Below, piece after piece: positions 38,216-49,304 of a stretch of 64,000 nucleotides of DNA. This DNA comes from a virus. The notes below the pieces were generated by a model. It saw only the letters and a list, made by a program, of their open reading frames with translations, did no database searches and was not told where the DNA came from. The translations under genes were made by a program, and so were the position numbers. Each line of letters starts with the position of its first letter. Within the stretch, counting starts at the first letter, position 1. The DNA lies in the IMG/VR virus record IMGVR_UViG_3300037346_000668, positions 18,936-82,935 of that record; one strand, given 5' to 3'.

Positions 38216-40432
38216 TTATTGATTATTTGTTAAACTCTTTCCTATTACATCAACCTGGAATTTAAGATTATTTGCATCTATGCAAACTATATCGAAAACA
38301 GGTTCATATTCATGGGAAGCAAATATAGCATCGTCAAAAGATATTATAGTTGTTGAATATGGGGACATTGTTGGATTTGAAATAGGATATTTACCAAGTG
38401 AATTAGTAAGAACCTTCATTATATAACTTCCAGGATATATCTTATCGCCAAATGATAATCTAAATCTTTGTCCGTTTTTCCAATTAATAACACCATCACT
38501 GATTCTTATTGTCAAATCCCCAGTTAGTGTTAATGGGGTTGAATTATTTACGTGCTTATAATAATTGGAAAAATCCAAAAGGTTTATTATATTGTCGCCA
38601 TTCTGTGTAAATGTACCAACACCTAATGTGTCCAGCATATTAAAGTCCTGGCTAGAATTAACAATAGTAACCTGATTCGGTGTCGATCTATCTAATATAA
38701 CTCCAGATCCTTGTTTTAGAAGATCCAAATTATAGGAAACTTCCACGCTTGTTTCGTTATTAATAACAGCTCTTATTAAATCATAATTTTGATTTATAAG
38801 ACCCATAACTGCTTGTGTATTATTAAAAAGAGCCTGATTAGCTGCAAATGCTTGTTCTAGCTGGAATATTCTTCTATCTATATTTGTTGTGGTCGAAGAC
38901 GATAATGTTATATTTTCCAGATTAGTAACTCTATTACTAAGATCTATAAATTCGGTTGCAGCATTATTCAATGTTGAGCTTGCATCTTGTAGCACATTCA
39001 TGGAGTCCATAAACATCGATAAAGAGAATGGAGAATAATCATTTATTGCTTGCTCGACACCAGTCTGATCTATGTCTGTATCGAATTTAAGATTTATTTT
39101 AAATCCATATGAATTACCATTCAGTTTGGTTACTGGATTAGGCCTATATTTATCAAGTCTCGGTATAAATACATCACCACTGGAGCTGTTAACATCATCA
39201 AGGAATAATACACCATATAAATTCGTTGCTGCTGTTGCCGGTGTTGCTGGATCATATACATCATAATATATAAGGATAGCGTTAAATTCAAAGTCAGTAG
39301 AATCTGCTGTTGCGTTAAATTCTTCGAGTGTAGATATATTAGGATTACTGATTATACCTTGATATGAGCTTGGATCAAAATCTATACCAATCGAATCAAG
39401 CTTACTTCTAACATATGTTACATCTATAAGACCAGTGGATTTATTTATAATATAATTTGATGGATCGGTAAAAGCTGATTGCGAGTCAGTAAAATATGTA
39501 TTTGCGGTATCCCTTGGTGAATACCAATTACCTGCATATCCTGTTCCTGTATATGTGTCAATATATGATGAGGTTGGTGAACCAAGTACATCATCATCAA
39601 ATATAGCAAGATTAGTAAGTCCGCTAGGATTAGTTTCATCATAGTTTCTACCAAATAAATACTCATCATTTAAAGGATTTGATGGATTGTTTGTCCATTG
39701 ATAATCCGGGTAATAGTTTGTATCGACCACATTTTTAAATAATACTGTTGGTGAATTACCATCCTTGGTTGGTATATACACATAAACTTCCGAATATGTA
39801 TTGGTTGAATTTTTTACTGAATTCACAATATCGAGACTACCGACATATTGTACAACCCTATTATATCCAGCACCAGTCATACCATAAGATCCAGTTGTTC
39901 CCGCGGGAGCATCACCTTCAACATACCTTTTCTGCGTTACTGGTAATCCTGCAGAATCATAGGTTACATTCGTCTGATTCAATGATCCGGAAACCTCGGT
40001 TGGATTTGCATTTCTCCATCTGATAGCTCCAATCTCCTTTAGCCATTTAAAGAATATTCTTTCCGATACATTTTGCTTAAGAGTGGAATCGTATTCATCA
40101 GTTCCTGTTATGGTAGATTCTACATTCAAACAATAGCTTTGAAAACTCTGGGAAAAATCTATATTTCCATTTCCTGTTATAATTATACCGGTAGTATTTG
40201 CATAATCAAGGAATGCACTATCCGGTGCATTCAATTTAACATAATTAGAAAATCCACCAGTAGTACCAGTACCGTCATCAAAGTTAGGTATATTTAGAAG
40301 TGCAAACTTAGAAAATCTAAATTTATTGGATGTATTATTAAACGTGAAAGAAAGATCCTCAGCAGAGGAAGAAAAACTGTAAAATGTACCACCCTGTACC
40401 TGGAGTGGTCTGATAAATGGGGTTTTTGCCAT
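38216..40432 (-). CDS. Putative structural protein (738 aa)
   Basis: Intact ORF in the operon; coiled coil LSNRVTNLEN. Confidence 0.65.
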   Translation of the reverse strand: MAKTPFIRPLQVQGGTFYSFSSSAEDLSFTFNNTSNKFRFSKFALLNIPNFDDGTGTTGGFSNYVKLNAPDSAFLDYANTTGIIITGNGNIDFSQSFQSYCLNVESTITGTDEYDSTLKQNVSERIFFKWLKEIGAIRWRNANPTEVSGSLNQTNVTYDSAGLPVTQKRYVEGDAPAGTTGSYGMTGAGYNRVVQYVGSLDIVNSVKNSTNTYSEVYVYIPTKDGNSPTVLFKNVVDTNYYPDYQWTNNPSNPLNDEYLFGRNYDETNPSGLTNLAIFDDDVLGSPTSSYIDTYTGTGYAGNWYSPRDTANTYFTDSQSAFTDPSNYIINKSTGLIDVTYVRSKLDSIGIDFDPSSYQGIISNPNISTLEEFNATADSTDFEFNAILIYYDVYDPATPATAATNLYGVLFLDDVNSSSGDVFIPRLDKYRPNPVTKLNGNSYGFKINLKFDTDIDQTGVEQAINDYSPFSLSMFMDSMNVLQDASSTLNNAATEFIDLSNRVTNLENITLSSSTTTNIDRRIFQLEQAFAANQALFNNTQAVMGLINQNYDLIRAVINNETSVEVSYNLDLLKQGSGVILDRSTPNQVTIVNSSQDFNMLDTLGVGTFTQNGDNIINLLDFSNYYKHVNNSTPLTLTGDLTIRISDGVINWKNGQRFRLSFGDKIYPGSYIMKVLTNSLGKYPISNPTMSPYSTTIISFDDAIFASHEYEPVFDIVCIDANNLKFQVDVIGKSLTNNQ

Positions 40433-40449
40433 TTTGTTTTTTTATTTTA

Positions 40450-41355
40450 TTATGCTGTTATATTACTAGATCCAAGAACTATCCAAGATCCATTTTGCGA
40501 CGTTTGTCCTTTACCAACTCTAGGCTCCCATTGAAGAGATATAGAAGATCTATATGCCTTACCGGCAGGAGAAGTTATACCAAGTGAATTAAATCCACCA
40601 TATAGAGCGGACGTATTAAATCCTGTATAATAACTAGTAGATCCAGTAACACCAGTTACAATATATCCAGCGGATGCTGATGTGTTAATAATCGTTATTC
40701 TTGTTCCTGCAGCTATATTAGGAACTGTTCCGCCTACAGGCGAAACACCATCACAAACTTTCATATAAAACCCAGGGGAAGCGCAATTAGCATATATAAC
40801 GTCCTCCAATCCGGTTATTGCATAAGGCGCATTCACACTGGAAACTACACCACCGCCACCTGACGCGTTATTAGGAAATAACTGACCAACAGTAGCACCA
40901 TTAACAAAGGTTGTATTTTGGCTTGTTATTCTACCTTGTGGACCTAATAAAAGAGCACTATTTACTCCTAATTGACCATTATAAGATGCAGTTCCCCCAA
41001 TAATAAAAACTGAGCCAGATCCAAATGTAACAGTTCCGTTTGCGACTAAAGTCCCCGATGCTGTAAATGTTGTTGTTTGAATGCTTGCAAATGATGCCGC
41101 TCCTGTGCTATTAATAGAAGCTGTTGCTGTTCCACTCGCAGGTAACGATAATGAATCAAATCTTCCTATCTTTGCTTGTACTTTACCAGTAGATGCAGCG
41201 GAAAGATCCAATATTCCATTCGTTGTGTCTATACCAAAAACACTAACATATCCGTTTATCCAATTTTGGAGTGTAAGAAAGTTAGAATTTAGGGTTACTC
41301 TTGATCCCGAAATAGCATCGGATCCTAAGATTTCATTAATGTTTACTGTTGCCAT
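40450..41355 (-). CDS. Fibre-like structural protein
   Basis: N-terminal GSDAISGSRVTLNSNF attachment-like motif; Gly/Ser/Thr-rich. Confidence 0.65.
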   Translation of the reverse strand: MATVNINEILGSDAISGSRVTLNSNFLTLQNWINGYVSVFGIDTTNGILDLSAASTGKVQAKIGRFDSLSLPASGTATASINSTGAASFASIQTTTFTASGTLVANGTVTFGSGSVFIIGGTASYNGQLGVNSALLLGPQGRITSQNTTFVNGATVGQLFPNNASGGGGVVSSVNAPYAITGLEDVIYANCASPGFYMKVCDGVSPVGGTVPNIAAGTRITIINTSASAGYIVTGVTGSTSYYTGFNTSALYGGFNSLGITSPAGKAYRSSISLQWEPRVGKGQTSQNGSWIVLGSSNITA

Positions 41356-41383
41356 TTTTTTTTTATTTGTTTTTTAAGTGAAA

Positions 41384-41391
41384 TATATATC
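41384..41391 (-). promoter_or_regulatory. GATATATA putative late promoter
   Basis: 28 nt upstream of ATG 41355; heads a long structural operon. Confidence 0.65.
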
Positions 41392-41468
41392 TATATTCAA
41401 ATCAACACTGCAATTAAACTTCGATGTTATTTGAAAAAGTTCTTATTAAACAAAAAAACAAGAAAAAG

Positions 41469-42242
41469 ATGCCAAGAAAAAAAGCAAAAAATGAACAGAT
41501 CCAGGTTAAAGTTGAGAAAAACCAAGCTAAATCAACAAAGGTTGTAAAAGCAGAGGGTTTACCAAAAGGACCAATTCTTCAGAAGGATGATTTCAATCAC
41601 ATTAAATTCACAGATTCTCAGCTAAAGTTTTTTAGGACAATAGAGAATAACTTTCTAACAGTTTGCACAGGTCCAGCAGGGACAGCAAAAACATTTGTGG
41701 CATGTTATGCAGCTCTTGATCTAATAAGAAAGGGTGAGCATTCAAAAATAATTCTGGCAAGACCAGCTGTTGAATCTGGTGAGAATTTAGGGTTTCTACC
41801 AGGATCCGTTGACGAGAAAATAGCTCCATATATGGAGGGTTATATTTCCAATATGGAAAAAATACTTAAAACTAAGGAAAAAATAAAGTTGATGACAGAC
41901 ACGAAAACTATCGATATGCAGCCCTTAGCCTTTATGAGAAGTAGAACATTTGATGATACGATATTAATCCTGGACGAAGCACAAAATGCAGATCTTAGAC
42001 AAATAATGCTTGTATTAACAAGGATGGGACACAATTCACGTATAATTATATGTGGTGATATAACACAATGGGATTTAAAAGCAAGAAAAAAGGACCTACT
42101 TACATTTTCAGAAAAGGTAGCAAAAGGAGTAGGTCAATGTGATTCTTTTGTTTTCACCAGGGAAGATATAGTTAGAAATCCAATACTTATAGAGCTTACT
42201 GATAATTATGAAAAATACAAGGAGGAAAACAATTTGGATTAA
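41469..42242 (+). CDS. phoH: PhoH-family ATPase (start revised to MPRKK)
   Basis: GPAGTAKT, RPAVESGENLGFLPG, PLAFMRSRTF, DEAQN, GDITQ.D, DIVRNP. Confidence 0.93.
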   Translation: MPRKKAKNEQIQVKVEKNQAKSTKVVKAEGLPKGPILQKDDFNHIKFTDSQLKFFRTIENNFLTVCTGPAGTAKTFVACYAALDLIRKGEHSKIILARPAVESGENLGFLPGSVDEKIAPYMEGYISNMEKILKTKEKIKLMTDTKTIDMQPLAFMRSRTFDDTILILDEAQNADLRQIMLVLTRMGHNSRIIICGDITQWDLKARKKDLLTFSEKVAKGVGQCDSFVFTREDIVRNPILIELTDNYEKYKEENNLD

Positions 42243-45200
42243 TTATTTATCATCTCTAAATGTTGCATCAGGATTATTATATACAGTAAATTCAGCTCCA
42301 AAAGGAATAACCCCATCTCTAAGTATGGCAGCTTGCTCAGCAGCAAGATCCTTGGATAATTTATGAACCTGATAATCTCTTCCAGGAAAAACTTCTGGCT
42401 CACCATAATCAAAAGAATTAACAAAATCCGGACGTCTATCGTCCGGATTTTTTTGTTTATGATCTATAACTTCTATATAGCCAGGATTTGTCTGTATGTA
42501 CACGTTACCTGCCGCGTCCTCAACGCTATTATAAATTGTATAGTTACCAGGGGTTGTGAAAGTATAGATGAAATAAGGTGTGTTCTTTACGTTTAAAATC
42601 TCATCCCCTGTTATAGAATTACTAAGTATCCACTTATTATTTTGTTTTCCATAAATGTTTGAAGCATAATTATTAAAAACCACAGTGGTCATAAGAGGTA
42701 TTTGCATCCCACTGTCCGTTGAATGAACATCGCACCATGTCCATGCCCCCGATCCAGGTCTGGATATGATTTGTCCCATATTGAGTCCAAGCTCAGCTTT
42801 ATATTTTTTACTTAATAAACTAAAACCAGTATTTGATGGTAAAAAGATATAGCTATCACCCTGAACATCCTCATAATTAGCATAATAACCAGACATAAAA
42901 AGATTTCCACCCTCATCAGAAGATAGCGTAAATGATGTAACATCGGCTTCACCAAAATTAATAGCATTTAATATTATTCCATTCAAATCAGTTTTTATAA
43001 CATGTCTATATGCGTCTATGAATTGAGGGGCATCAGACCTTCTATATGCTATATAATATTGATCATCACCAGATAGAGCAACATCGGTAAGATATGTGGT
43101 TGATGATGGGATATCAATAAATGTAGTATAGAATGTTTTTGGTGTTCCCTGCTCTGTTATACCTGACGTTAAAAAATAAGTTCCTTCTGTTGACGTATCT
43201 GCAACGAAATTGTTTCCGAAATAACTACCTGATGCACCAAATTCAGTAGTTATATAATATATTGATTGATTATTGGAAACTTTTGGTAGATACAAAGATC
43301 CGGTTTTACCGTTCAGATACCCACCGGTTAAACCAGTTCCTGTACTGTCAACTATTAAATAAAACTGTGTATAAGTATTCTCAGTAGCAATGAAATCAAC
43401 ACCACACATATTAAAGGATCTATTAGAGTTCCCGGTTATTAATGTACTCGAATCATTATGCATCGATTTGGTACTGCTTATATTTTTAATCGATTGTATA
43501 GAAGCTCCTGTCTGATAGGTTGTTGAATCGGCAGTGGTCATTAGTGATAGATCCTCAGCCGACAAACGAACATAGGATAAAACGCTGTCACCAGACCAGG
43601 TTTGTGATATATTATAAGGGACACCTAATATTTTTTCAGATGTATAATAGTCATCATTACTTCTTTTCCATAAATTCTTCAGTGTAGAAACATCCGCAGT
43701 TTGTATGGCTGGCCTACTGGCTGATAAGTTGATGTACGATTTGATGATGAGGTTTATTGAATACTTAGTTATATCAATTTTTGTTTCCTTCAAATCGGTT
43801 CTTCTTGATTCATATTTTGCTGGAAAATGACGAAATCCTAATCCTCTATATGATTTTCTAATATCGCTAAGATAATTAGAATTAATTCCTAGACCTGTAA
43901 ACGATGTAGTATTCCCAAGATCTCTACCAATTTTAGCAACAAATGGACTGTTACAAATTATCAAACTGGTATCCCAGTATTGTGTTCTTGTATTTAATAA
44001 ACTAACGCTCGGAAAAACACCGCTCTTTGTAGAATAGAAAAGAAAATCTGAAACATCACCAATAGTGGGTATAAATGATCCTGTTGCACCTGATGCATAA
44101 CTAACATTGAATTTAAGTCCAGAAATACCAATAATACTCTCAATAGATTCTATAATATAGGAAACCCCACCAACAACACTTGTTATACTTATAACGTTTC
44201 CAGTAACAAAATTCTGGAGTTGTAATGCTTGATTGCCATTAATGTCGATATAATTGAATGTTATTGAAGCAACATCCTCAAATGTTTGATTTGGACCCTG
44301 AGCTATAGAAAAACCTGCTGATATAGGTGGATATGCGGTTCCAAATTCCCACGAGCCACCTGTTATCACACTATCCAAAGATACCCACGGGAATTCAGAG
44401 GCATATTGATTATAATAATTGACATTTGTTAGCCCAGCTGGAGCTCCGGTCGGGCCACCTCTTGATATATTTTCACTCTCTAATGAATCCCAAATATATG
44501 GGCCATCCTCGATAAATCTTGAGAAATATCCAGAAACCGCTACAAAATTATCATTCTCAGAAGGAGCTATATCTTGTACATAAGTTCTATATCCTCTAAA
44601 TGGTAGCATAGTATCAACCGCTCCATATTCATTATAACAAACAACAAATCCCATTACACCATAATCAAGAGAGCTTAACCCAGCACTCGAATAATATGTC
44701 TTACCTCCCAGAGTTGGATTTAGATTTTTTAAACTTGCTGGATTCCCATTATAATCATATCCAAATATTGCTTCAACATTTCCAGTTAAATTACCACCAA
44801 TATAATATTTTATTCCATGTCTCGTTTTAATAGTAGTCGAGCATGTTATGGACATACTCCCTGGACTAATCCCGGTAAATGGATTAGGCGGAGAAAATTT
44901 ATTTAATTGTATCTGTTCATTAAAATATGGAGAATCTATATTATCAGAAAGTTGCTTTTCCTCAAAAGTTTCAATTGGCCAATTGTTCCAATATGGTTGC
45001 TTTCCTGCGCTACCGTCAGCTATATCGCTAAGCTTAGTTGTAAGGAAAAGGTTTCTTTCATCCAAACCCGGGAATTTTGTAGTCAAATAAGAATCCTGAT
45101 ATACTCTCCATTCAGGGTAATCCCACGTATATTTATTAACCTTTGGTATTGGAGCATTATTAAGAAAAGCTGTTTCATTAAAATTGGTAAAATTCCAGCC

Positions 45201-46349
45201 TGTTGCCCCTGCATATTTAGAGCTACCATAAACATGTGGTTGGTCATAATTAAAGGAAGAGAGAGCATTATAGCAAAGAACCCATAAGGAATTCCCATAT
45301 AATTTAAGATCAACTTGCTTAGTATTGTGTTTTATTAATTTAATATCCAGTACATTATTATTTTGAATATAAGTCTGTGAGGAGGGTGACATTATTGTTC
45401 CATCAGTAAATTGTGTCCATGTTGACCCATTAAAGTGCCAAAGACCAGTACCATCGTTTAACTCACCATCACCAATAGTTAAAAAAACATGTCCATTAGG
45501 TCTTGCAACAACTTTAGTTACTGGTCCTGGCGAAATTATTCCGGTATCCGTTGTGTAAAAATTCCAGAATTTCTTACCATTAAAGAAAGAAAGACCCAAA
45601 TCCGTTCCTATCCAAAGATTACCATCCTCATCAAGATCCATTGAATAAATATTATCTGATATTATATCTGATGTCTTCGTATTATAAACTTCAGCCTGTT
45701 CAATAATCTCACCGCCGCCGCTCAGATATTGGACTTCCTGCGATCCATCAGGTATCGAAAATAATCCCTCCGATGTTGCTATATAATAAAAAAAATTCTT
45801 TCCGTCATATCCTTTAGCTTTTATGTCGTATATATGAGGCCAGTTATACCCGGGTACAATTTCTTTCCATTTGTCTATTTGCTTGTAATAATTGAAAAGC
45901 CTTCCACCAGTTACACCATTAACCTCCGTATATCCAGTAGTACCTGTACCTCCTATACCATTCAGTGGCGTAGAAAAAACAAGGACGTCATCACCAAACG
46001 GACACGAATAAACTAACGATATCTCCTGTGGTTCATTAAATACACCTAGATCCGAGAACTTCCATGATCTTCCTTTCGAAACATCATTAGTATCAAGAGA
46101 GAAAACAGAAAACTCATTAAGCCCAGCAGTCGGTCCCTGAGCGACACCTGCCCATAGGATATCCTCATTATCAATGTCTATACTTCTTGTATCAAGAAAA
46201 TATGGAAATCCACTGGGAACAGCGGAGTTAGTATAATCATAGTATTCCCATGATTCACCATTAAATCTTCTGATATCCTGACCACATCCCCACACATAGA
46301 ATTCACTATCTATGGATATTTGATTCATTATTAAACCGTAACTTGCCAT
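42243..46349 (-). CDS. Large virion-associated protein with two-component-regulator-type propeller repeats and a C-terminal PKD-like motif
   Basis: SDNIYSMDLDEDGNLWIGTDLGLSFFNG; YTFTTPGNYTI. Confidence 0.7.
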   Translation of the reverse strand: MASYGLIMNQISIDSEFYVWGCGQDIRRFNGESWEYYDYTNSAVPSGFPYFLDTRSIDIDNEDILWAGVAQGPTAGLNEFSVFSLDTNDVSKGRSWKFSDLGVFNEPQEISLVYSCPFGDDVLVFSTPLNGIGGTGTTGYTEVNGVTGGRLFNYYKQIDKWKEIVPGYNWPHIYDIKAKGYDGKNFFYYIATSEGLFSIPDGSQEVQYLSGGGEIIEQAEVYNTKTSDIISDNIYSMDLDEDGNLWIGTDLGLSFFNGKKFWNFYTTDTGIISPGPVTKVVARPNGHVFLTIGDGELNDGTGLWHFNGSTWTQFTDGTIMSPSSQTYIQNNNVLDIKLIKHNTKQVDLKLYGNSLWVLCYNALSSFNYDQPHVYGSSKYAGATGWNFTNFNETAFLNNAPIPKVNKYTWDYPEWRVYQDSYLTTKFPGLDERNLFLTTKLSDIADGSAGKQPYWNNWPIETFEEKQLSDNIDSPYFNEQIQLNKFSPPNPFTGISPGSMSITCSTTIKTRHGIKYYIGGNLTGNVEAIFGYDYNGNPASLKNLNPTLGGKTYYSSAGLSSLDYGVMGFVVCYNEYGAVDTMLPFRGYRTYVQDIAPSENDNFVAVSGYFSRFIEDGPYIWDSLESENISRGGPTGAPAGLTNVNYYNQYASEFPWVSLDSVITGGSWEFGTAYPPISAGFSIAQGPNQTFEDVASITFNYIDINGNQALQLQNFVTGNVISITSVVGGVSYIIESIESIIGISGLKFNVSYASGATGSFIPTIGDVSDFLFYSTKSGVFPSVSLLNTRTQYWDTSLIICNSPFVAKIGRDLGNTTSFTGLGINSNYLSDIRKSYRGLGFRHFPAKYESRRTDLKETKIDITKYSINLIIKSYINLSASRPAIQTADVSTLKNLWKRSNDDYYTSEKILGVPYNISQTWSGDSVLSYVRLSAEDLSLMTTADSTTYQTGASIQSIKNISSTKSMHNDSSTLITGNSNRSFNMCGVDFIATENTYTQFYLIVDSTGTGLTGGYLNGKTGSLYLPKVSNNQSIYYITTEFGASGSYFGNNFVADTSTEGTYFLTSGITEQGTPKTFYTTFIDIPSSTTYLTDVALSGDDQYYIAYRRSDAPQFIDAYRHVIKTDLNGIILNAINFGEADVTSFTLSSDEGGNLFMSGYYANYEDVQGDSYIFLPSNTGFSLLSKKYKAELGLNMGQIISRPGSGAWTWCDVHSTDSGMQIPLMTTVVFNNYASNIYGKQNNKWILSNSITGDEILNVKNTPYFIYTFTTPGNYTIYNSVEDAAGNVYIQTNPGYIEVIDHKQKNPDDRRPDFVNSFDYGEPEVFPGRDYQVHKLSKDLAAEQAAILRDGVIPFGAEFTVYNNPDATFRDDK

Positions 46350-46369
46350 TTATTTATTTTTTATTAATT

Positions 46370-48244
46370 TTACAATTCTCCGCCTATTCTCCACCCTCTA
46401 AAATATGTACTTTCTGATGAAGCAGGAACAGTTATTTTTGAGGGTAATCCCGTCCATGATGCCATGTCAGCTCCATTCTGCTTAACATCTGACGCAAAAG
46501 GAACAGCTGGAAAATCCAGGTGGTCGATAATTGCACCATTTATAAAATCAGACATCTGACTTCCCCATCCTATTTCAAGTGAATGTATGTATTTATTACC
46601 ATAGGTCGCACTTGTCAATGGATCCTTTATAGACATCTTAAGAGCTCCGAACATTTCATTTGCATAAAGTAATTCTGCACCACCATCAGCATATGGGCAT
46701 AGATTATAATTAACCTCAAATATTATATTATCTGAAAGACCACCCGGTTGTGCTGCTATTTCCGAATTTATTAATTTTGCTATACCAGATTCAGAGCCAA
46801 ACGAAGTGTCTGCCGCGCAGATTAAATACTTATCCGGGCTATTACCCATATTGCCCCATGGCGAAGCTTTAAATTCAAAATCAGCAATTTCGGATTCACT
46901 AGAATCTCTGAGTGTTATTCTTATATCAACATCAACAGCACTAGGAAGGTCGTATTTTTCCTCCAATAATGCACCAGTTGGTATACATACACCGTGGTAA
47001 TATTTTTGTGGATTAACATATCCGTCATATTCCCACCATCCACCGTCCCATGCATACCCAGTATAGTTTTCCTTGTAACCTATGCCAGATGCAAGATCAG
47101 CAAACGGGGGTCTAGTAAATGTCATCGTAAAATCATCATATACTTTTCTATATCCTGCAATCTCTATAAATTTACTGGAACCAGAAAGATAATATTTATT
47201 GCTAACAAAATCATTAACAGCATCAGTGTTCCATTTTCTTAACCCATCTATTAAATTAGTAAATATGGAGCCTGTACCGTTATCAGTTATATAGAATCTA
47301 TTATCAAATTTGGAGGAAACGTCATTGGGAATTATATAATTACCAAGCATAATTCTATTCATTGATGAATATCCACCAGTAACACCAGCAGCAATCAATG
47401 CAGTACCAGTAAGAACCATATTTGTTTTTATCGGGGAATAAGATTTGGATATATCTGGACTGTTAACACATAAATAAACAGCCTCCTGAGTCGAATGAAA
47501 ACTTATATTATCCCATCTTGGAGAATATGGGCCAAGATCTATTTTAAGTACTATATTATTTCCGGACAAACCAATGGCTGACGTTCTCAGAGAAAGTGTA
47601 GAAACATTATAATATTTACCACCAGTAGCATAAGTTCCTGGTGACCAATAATTAATATTCTCATCAACTCCGATTTTTCTAAAATTAATATTCTTATTTA
47701 CTACTGCTCCATTGTCAACAACTGAAGAAAAACTAAGAATAGCATTAGAAAGATATGATGAAGCAGGTGCTCCCATATAAGTCCCGGTTAAGGAGTACCA
47801 ATCGGTACATGAATAAGTTACGGAGGATAATAATGCTCCAGATGTAGGTCCTAATTGAGGAATATCCCAAAAATGCGAAGCATATCCACTGCTTACTGTT
47901 CCTGCCGCTGTATATGTTACAGGACTACTCATTTTACTGATGGGTGGATCGTATGCAATAACATCAAGGGTCTGTGTTATTTCTATATCAGGCGAAAAAA
48001 TTTCGGGATAAACAACTATTATATTTGATTTGAAAGCTGCTGCAGTTATACCACCAGCACCGGTTATAACTAATTCTGTACTATATCCAGTATAATTAAC
48101 ACCATAATATTTAATATCTGGTCCATAAGCAGTACTAGTGCTTGGTGTTCCTCCCTGGAAAGTCCATTCTCTGGATACTGCACCTGTGCTAAGATCATAA
48201 TAATATATGGAATCTCCCTGATTTATACCTAATTGTTCTGACAT
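46370..48244 (-). CDS. PKD-domain-containing putative structural protein
   Basis: YYDLSTG..SREWTFQGGTPSTST..GP.I.Y is a typical PKD motif. Confidence 0.65.
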   Translation of the reverse strand: MSEQLGINQGDSIYYYDLSTGAVSREWTFQGGTPSTSTAYGPDIKYYGVNYTGYSTELVITGAGGITAAAFKSNIIVVYPEIFSPDIEITQTLDVIAYDPPISKMSSPVTYTAAGTVSSGYASHFWDIPQLGPTSGALLSSVTYSCTDWYSLTGTYMGAPASSYLSNAILSFSSVVDNGAVVNKNINFRKIGVDENINYWSPGTYATGGKYYNVSTLSLRTSAIGLSGNNIVLKIDLGPYSPRWDNISFHSTQEAVYLCVNSPDISKSYSPIKTNMVLTGTALIAAGVTGGYSSMNRIMLGNYIIPNDVSSKFDNRFYITDNGTGSIFTNLIDGLRKWNTDAVNDFVSNKYYLSGSSKFIEIAGYRKVYDDFTMTFTRPPFADLASGIGYKENYTGYAWDGGWWEYDGYVNPQKYYHGVCIPTGALLEEKYDLPSAVDVDIRITLRDSSESEIADFEFKASPWGNMGNSPDKYLICAADTSFGSESGIAKLINSEIAAQPGGLSDNIIFEVNYNLCPYADGGAELLYANEMFGALKMSIKDPLTSATYGNKYIHSLEIGWGSQMSDFINGAIIDHLDFPAVPFASDVKQNGADMASWTGLPSKITVPASSESTYFRGWRIGGEL

Positions 48245-48264
48245 CTACTTATTTTTATTCGGAA

Positions 48265-48272
48265 TATATATC
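48265..48272 (-). promoter_or_regulatory. GATATATA putative late promoter
   Basis: 20 nt upstream of ATG 48244. Confidence 0.65.
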
Positions 48273-48293
48273 TAAATAAAATAGGTACAAAAA

Positions 48294-49256
48294 CTATTGG
48301 GTATTTCTTTTCTCCTTTGCGTACAATATTGCTTGTACATAATTATAAGTATTGTGCTTATCGTCAATTTTGCTAAAGTCTGCCTCCCACGGAGATTTAT
48401 CTATAAATTCACCCTTGTAAAAAAATTTACCACCAGCATTATCGACAACACCAGCATTATGCATTATCTTATGTCTTTTCCATTCACCTGTTCCATAAAA
48501 GGATCCCCAGCTAAATCCAAGCTCCTCAGATATTTTAACCTGATTACCTCTCTTAAGACCACACCATAAAACAGCCCACATATCTGCGCACCATTTTTGG
48601 ATCGGATTATATGACGGGATCTGTAATTCATCCAATGTGGATCTTTCAGAAGCTTCCCTCTCGCTCATATATTTATATAGATCTAGCGAAACGAATTCAA
48701 CCCCTTTCCAAAATTCGCTGTCTATACCCTTCATTAGATATTGAGCCCCTCCTGAATTTTTATTATTATCGGATACAAGATCTGGATCGATACCTGCAAT
48801 ATTGCACATTTCAATAAAAAGATCGTCAGATTTTGATTTTATATAATCAGAACCTATATAGGAAACAGTATCACTAAGATACCAAAAATTATCATTTGTT
48901 AATGCATCAAAATCTGGAAGTTCTCTAAATATTATATCGGAATCATGGTAAAATATATTTTCATTGGACAGTTCAGGATAAGCAGCAAAATGTTTAGAAA
49001 GTATATTTGGTCTAATAACTGGGATATAGCCATAATCATTTATATTATCCTTCTTATAGAAAAATACTCTAACATACGGATATCTTCTAGCAAGATCCAT
49101 ACCCTCCGACGATGGCATCACGTCATACCCAAAAACTATCTCTATCCAGTTTGGATTTATACCATTTTTTATGGCATTGTTTATAAATACTTCAACCTGC
49201 CAATGAAAATATGGAACATCTGGTTGTGCACATATAAAAACAACTTTATTTTGCAT
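48294..49256 (-). CDS. GT-A glycosyltransferase resembling plant peptidyl-serine galactosyltransferase / hydroxyproline arabinosyltransferase (SERGT1/HPAT)
   Basis: Collinear motifs YFHWQ, YIPVIRP, YHDSDIIF (DxD), SGG and KWCADMW versus recalled SERGT1 motifs YFDWQ, YPAINKP, LDADMII, VGG and WISEMY. Confidence 0.68.
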   Translation of the reverse strand: MQNKVVFICAQPDVPYFHWQVEVFINNAIKNGINPNWIEIVFGYDVMPSSEGMDLARRYPYVRVFFYKKDNINDYGYIPVIRPNILSKHFAAYPELSNENIFYHDSDIIFRELPDFDALTNDNFWYLSDTVSYIGSDYIKSKSDDLFIEMCNIAGIDPDLVSDNNKNSGGAQYLMKGIDSEFWKGVEFVSLDLYKYMSEREASERSTLDELQIPSYNPIQKWCADMWAVLWCGLKRGNQVKISEELGFSWGSFYGTGEWKRHKIMHNAGVVDNAGGKFFYKGEFIDKSPWEADFSKIDDKHNTYNYVQAILYAKEKRNTQ

Positions 49257-49272
49257 TATGTAGAATTTATAA

Positions 49273-49301
49273 ATTATACGTTAGCACTAAACTATTGTTT
49301 C
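49273..49301 (-). promoter_or_regulatory. GAAAC-N18-TATAAT putative early/middle promoter of the glycosyltransferase
   Basis: Bipartite motif in the 48-nt gap upstream of the GT gene. Confidence 0.55.
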
Positions 49302-49304
49302 GGA

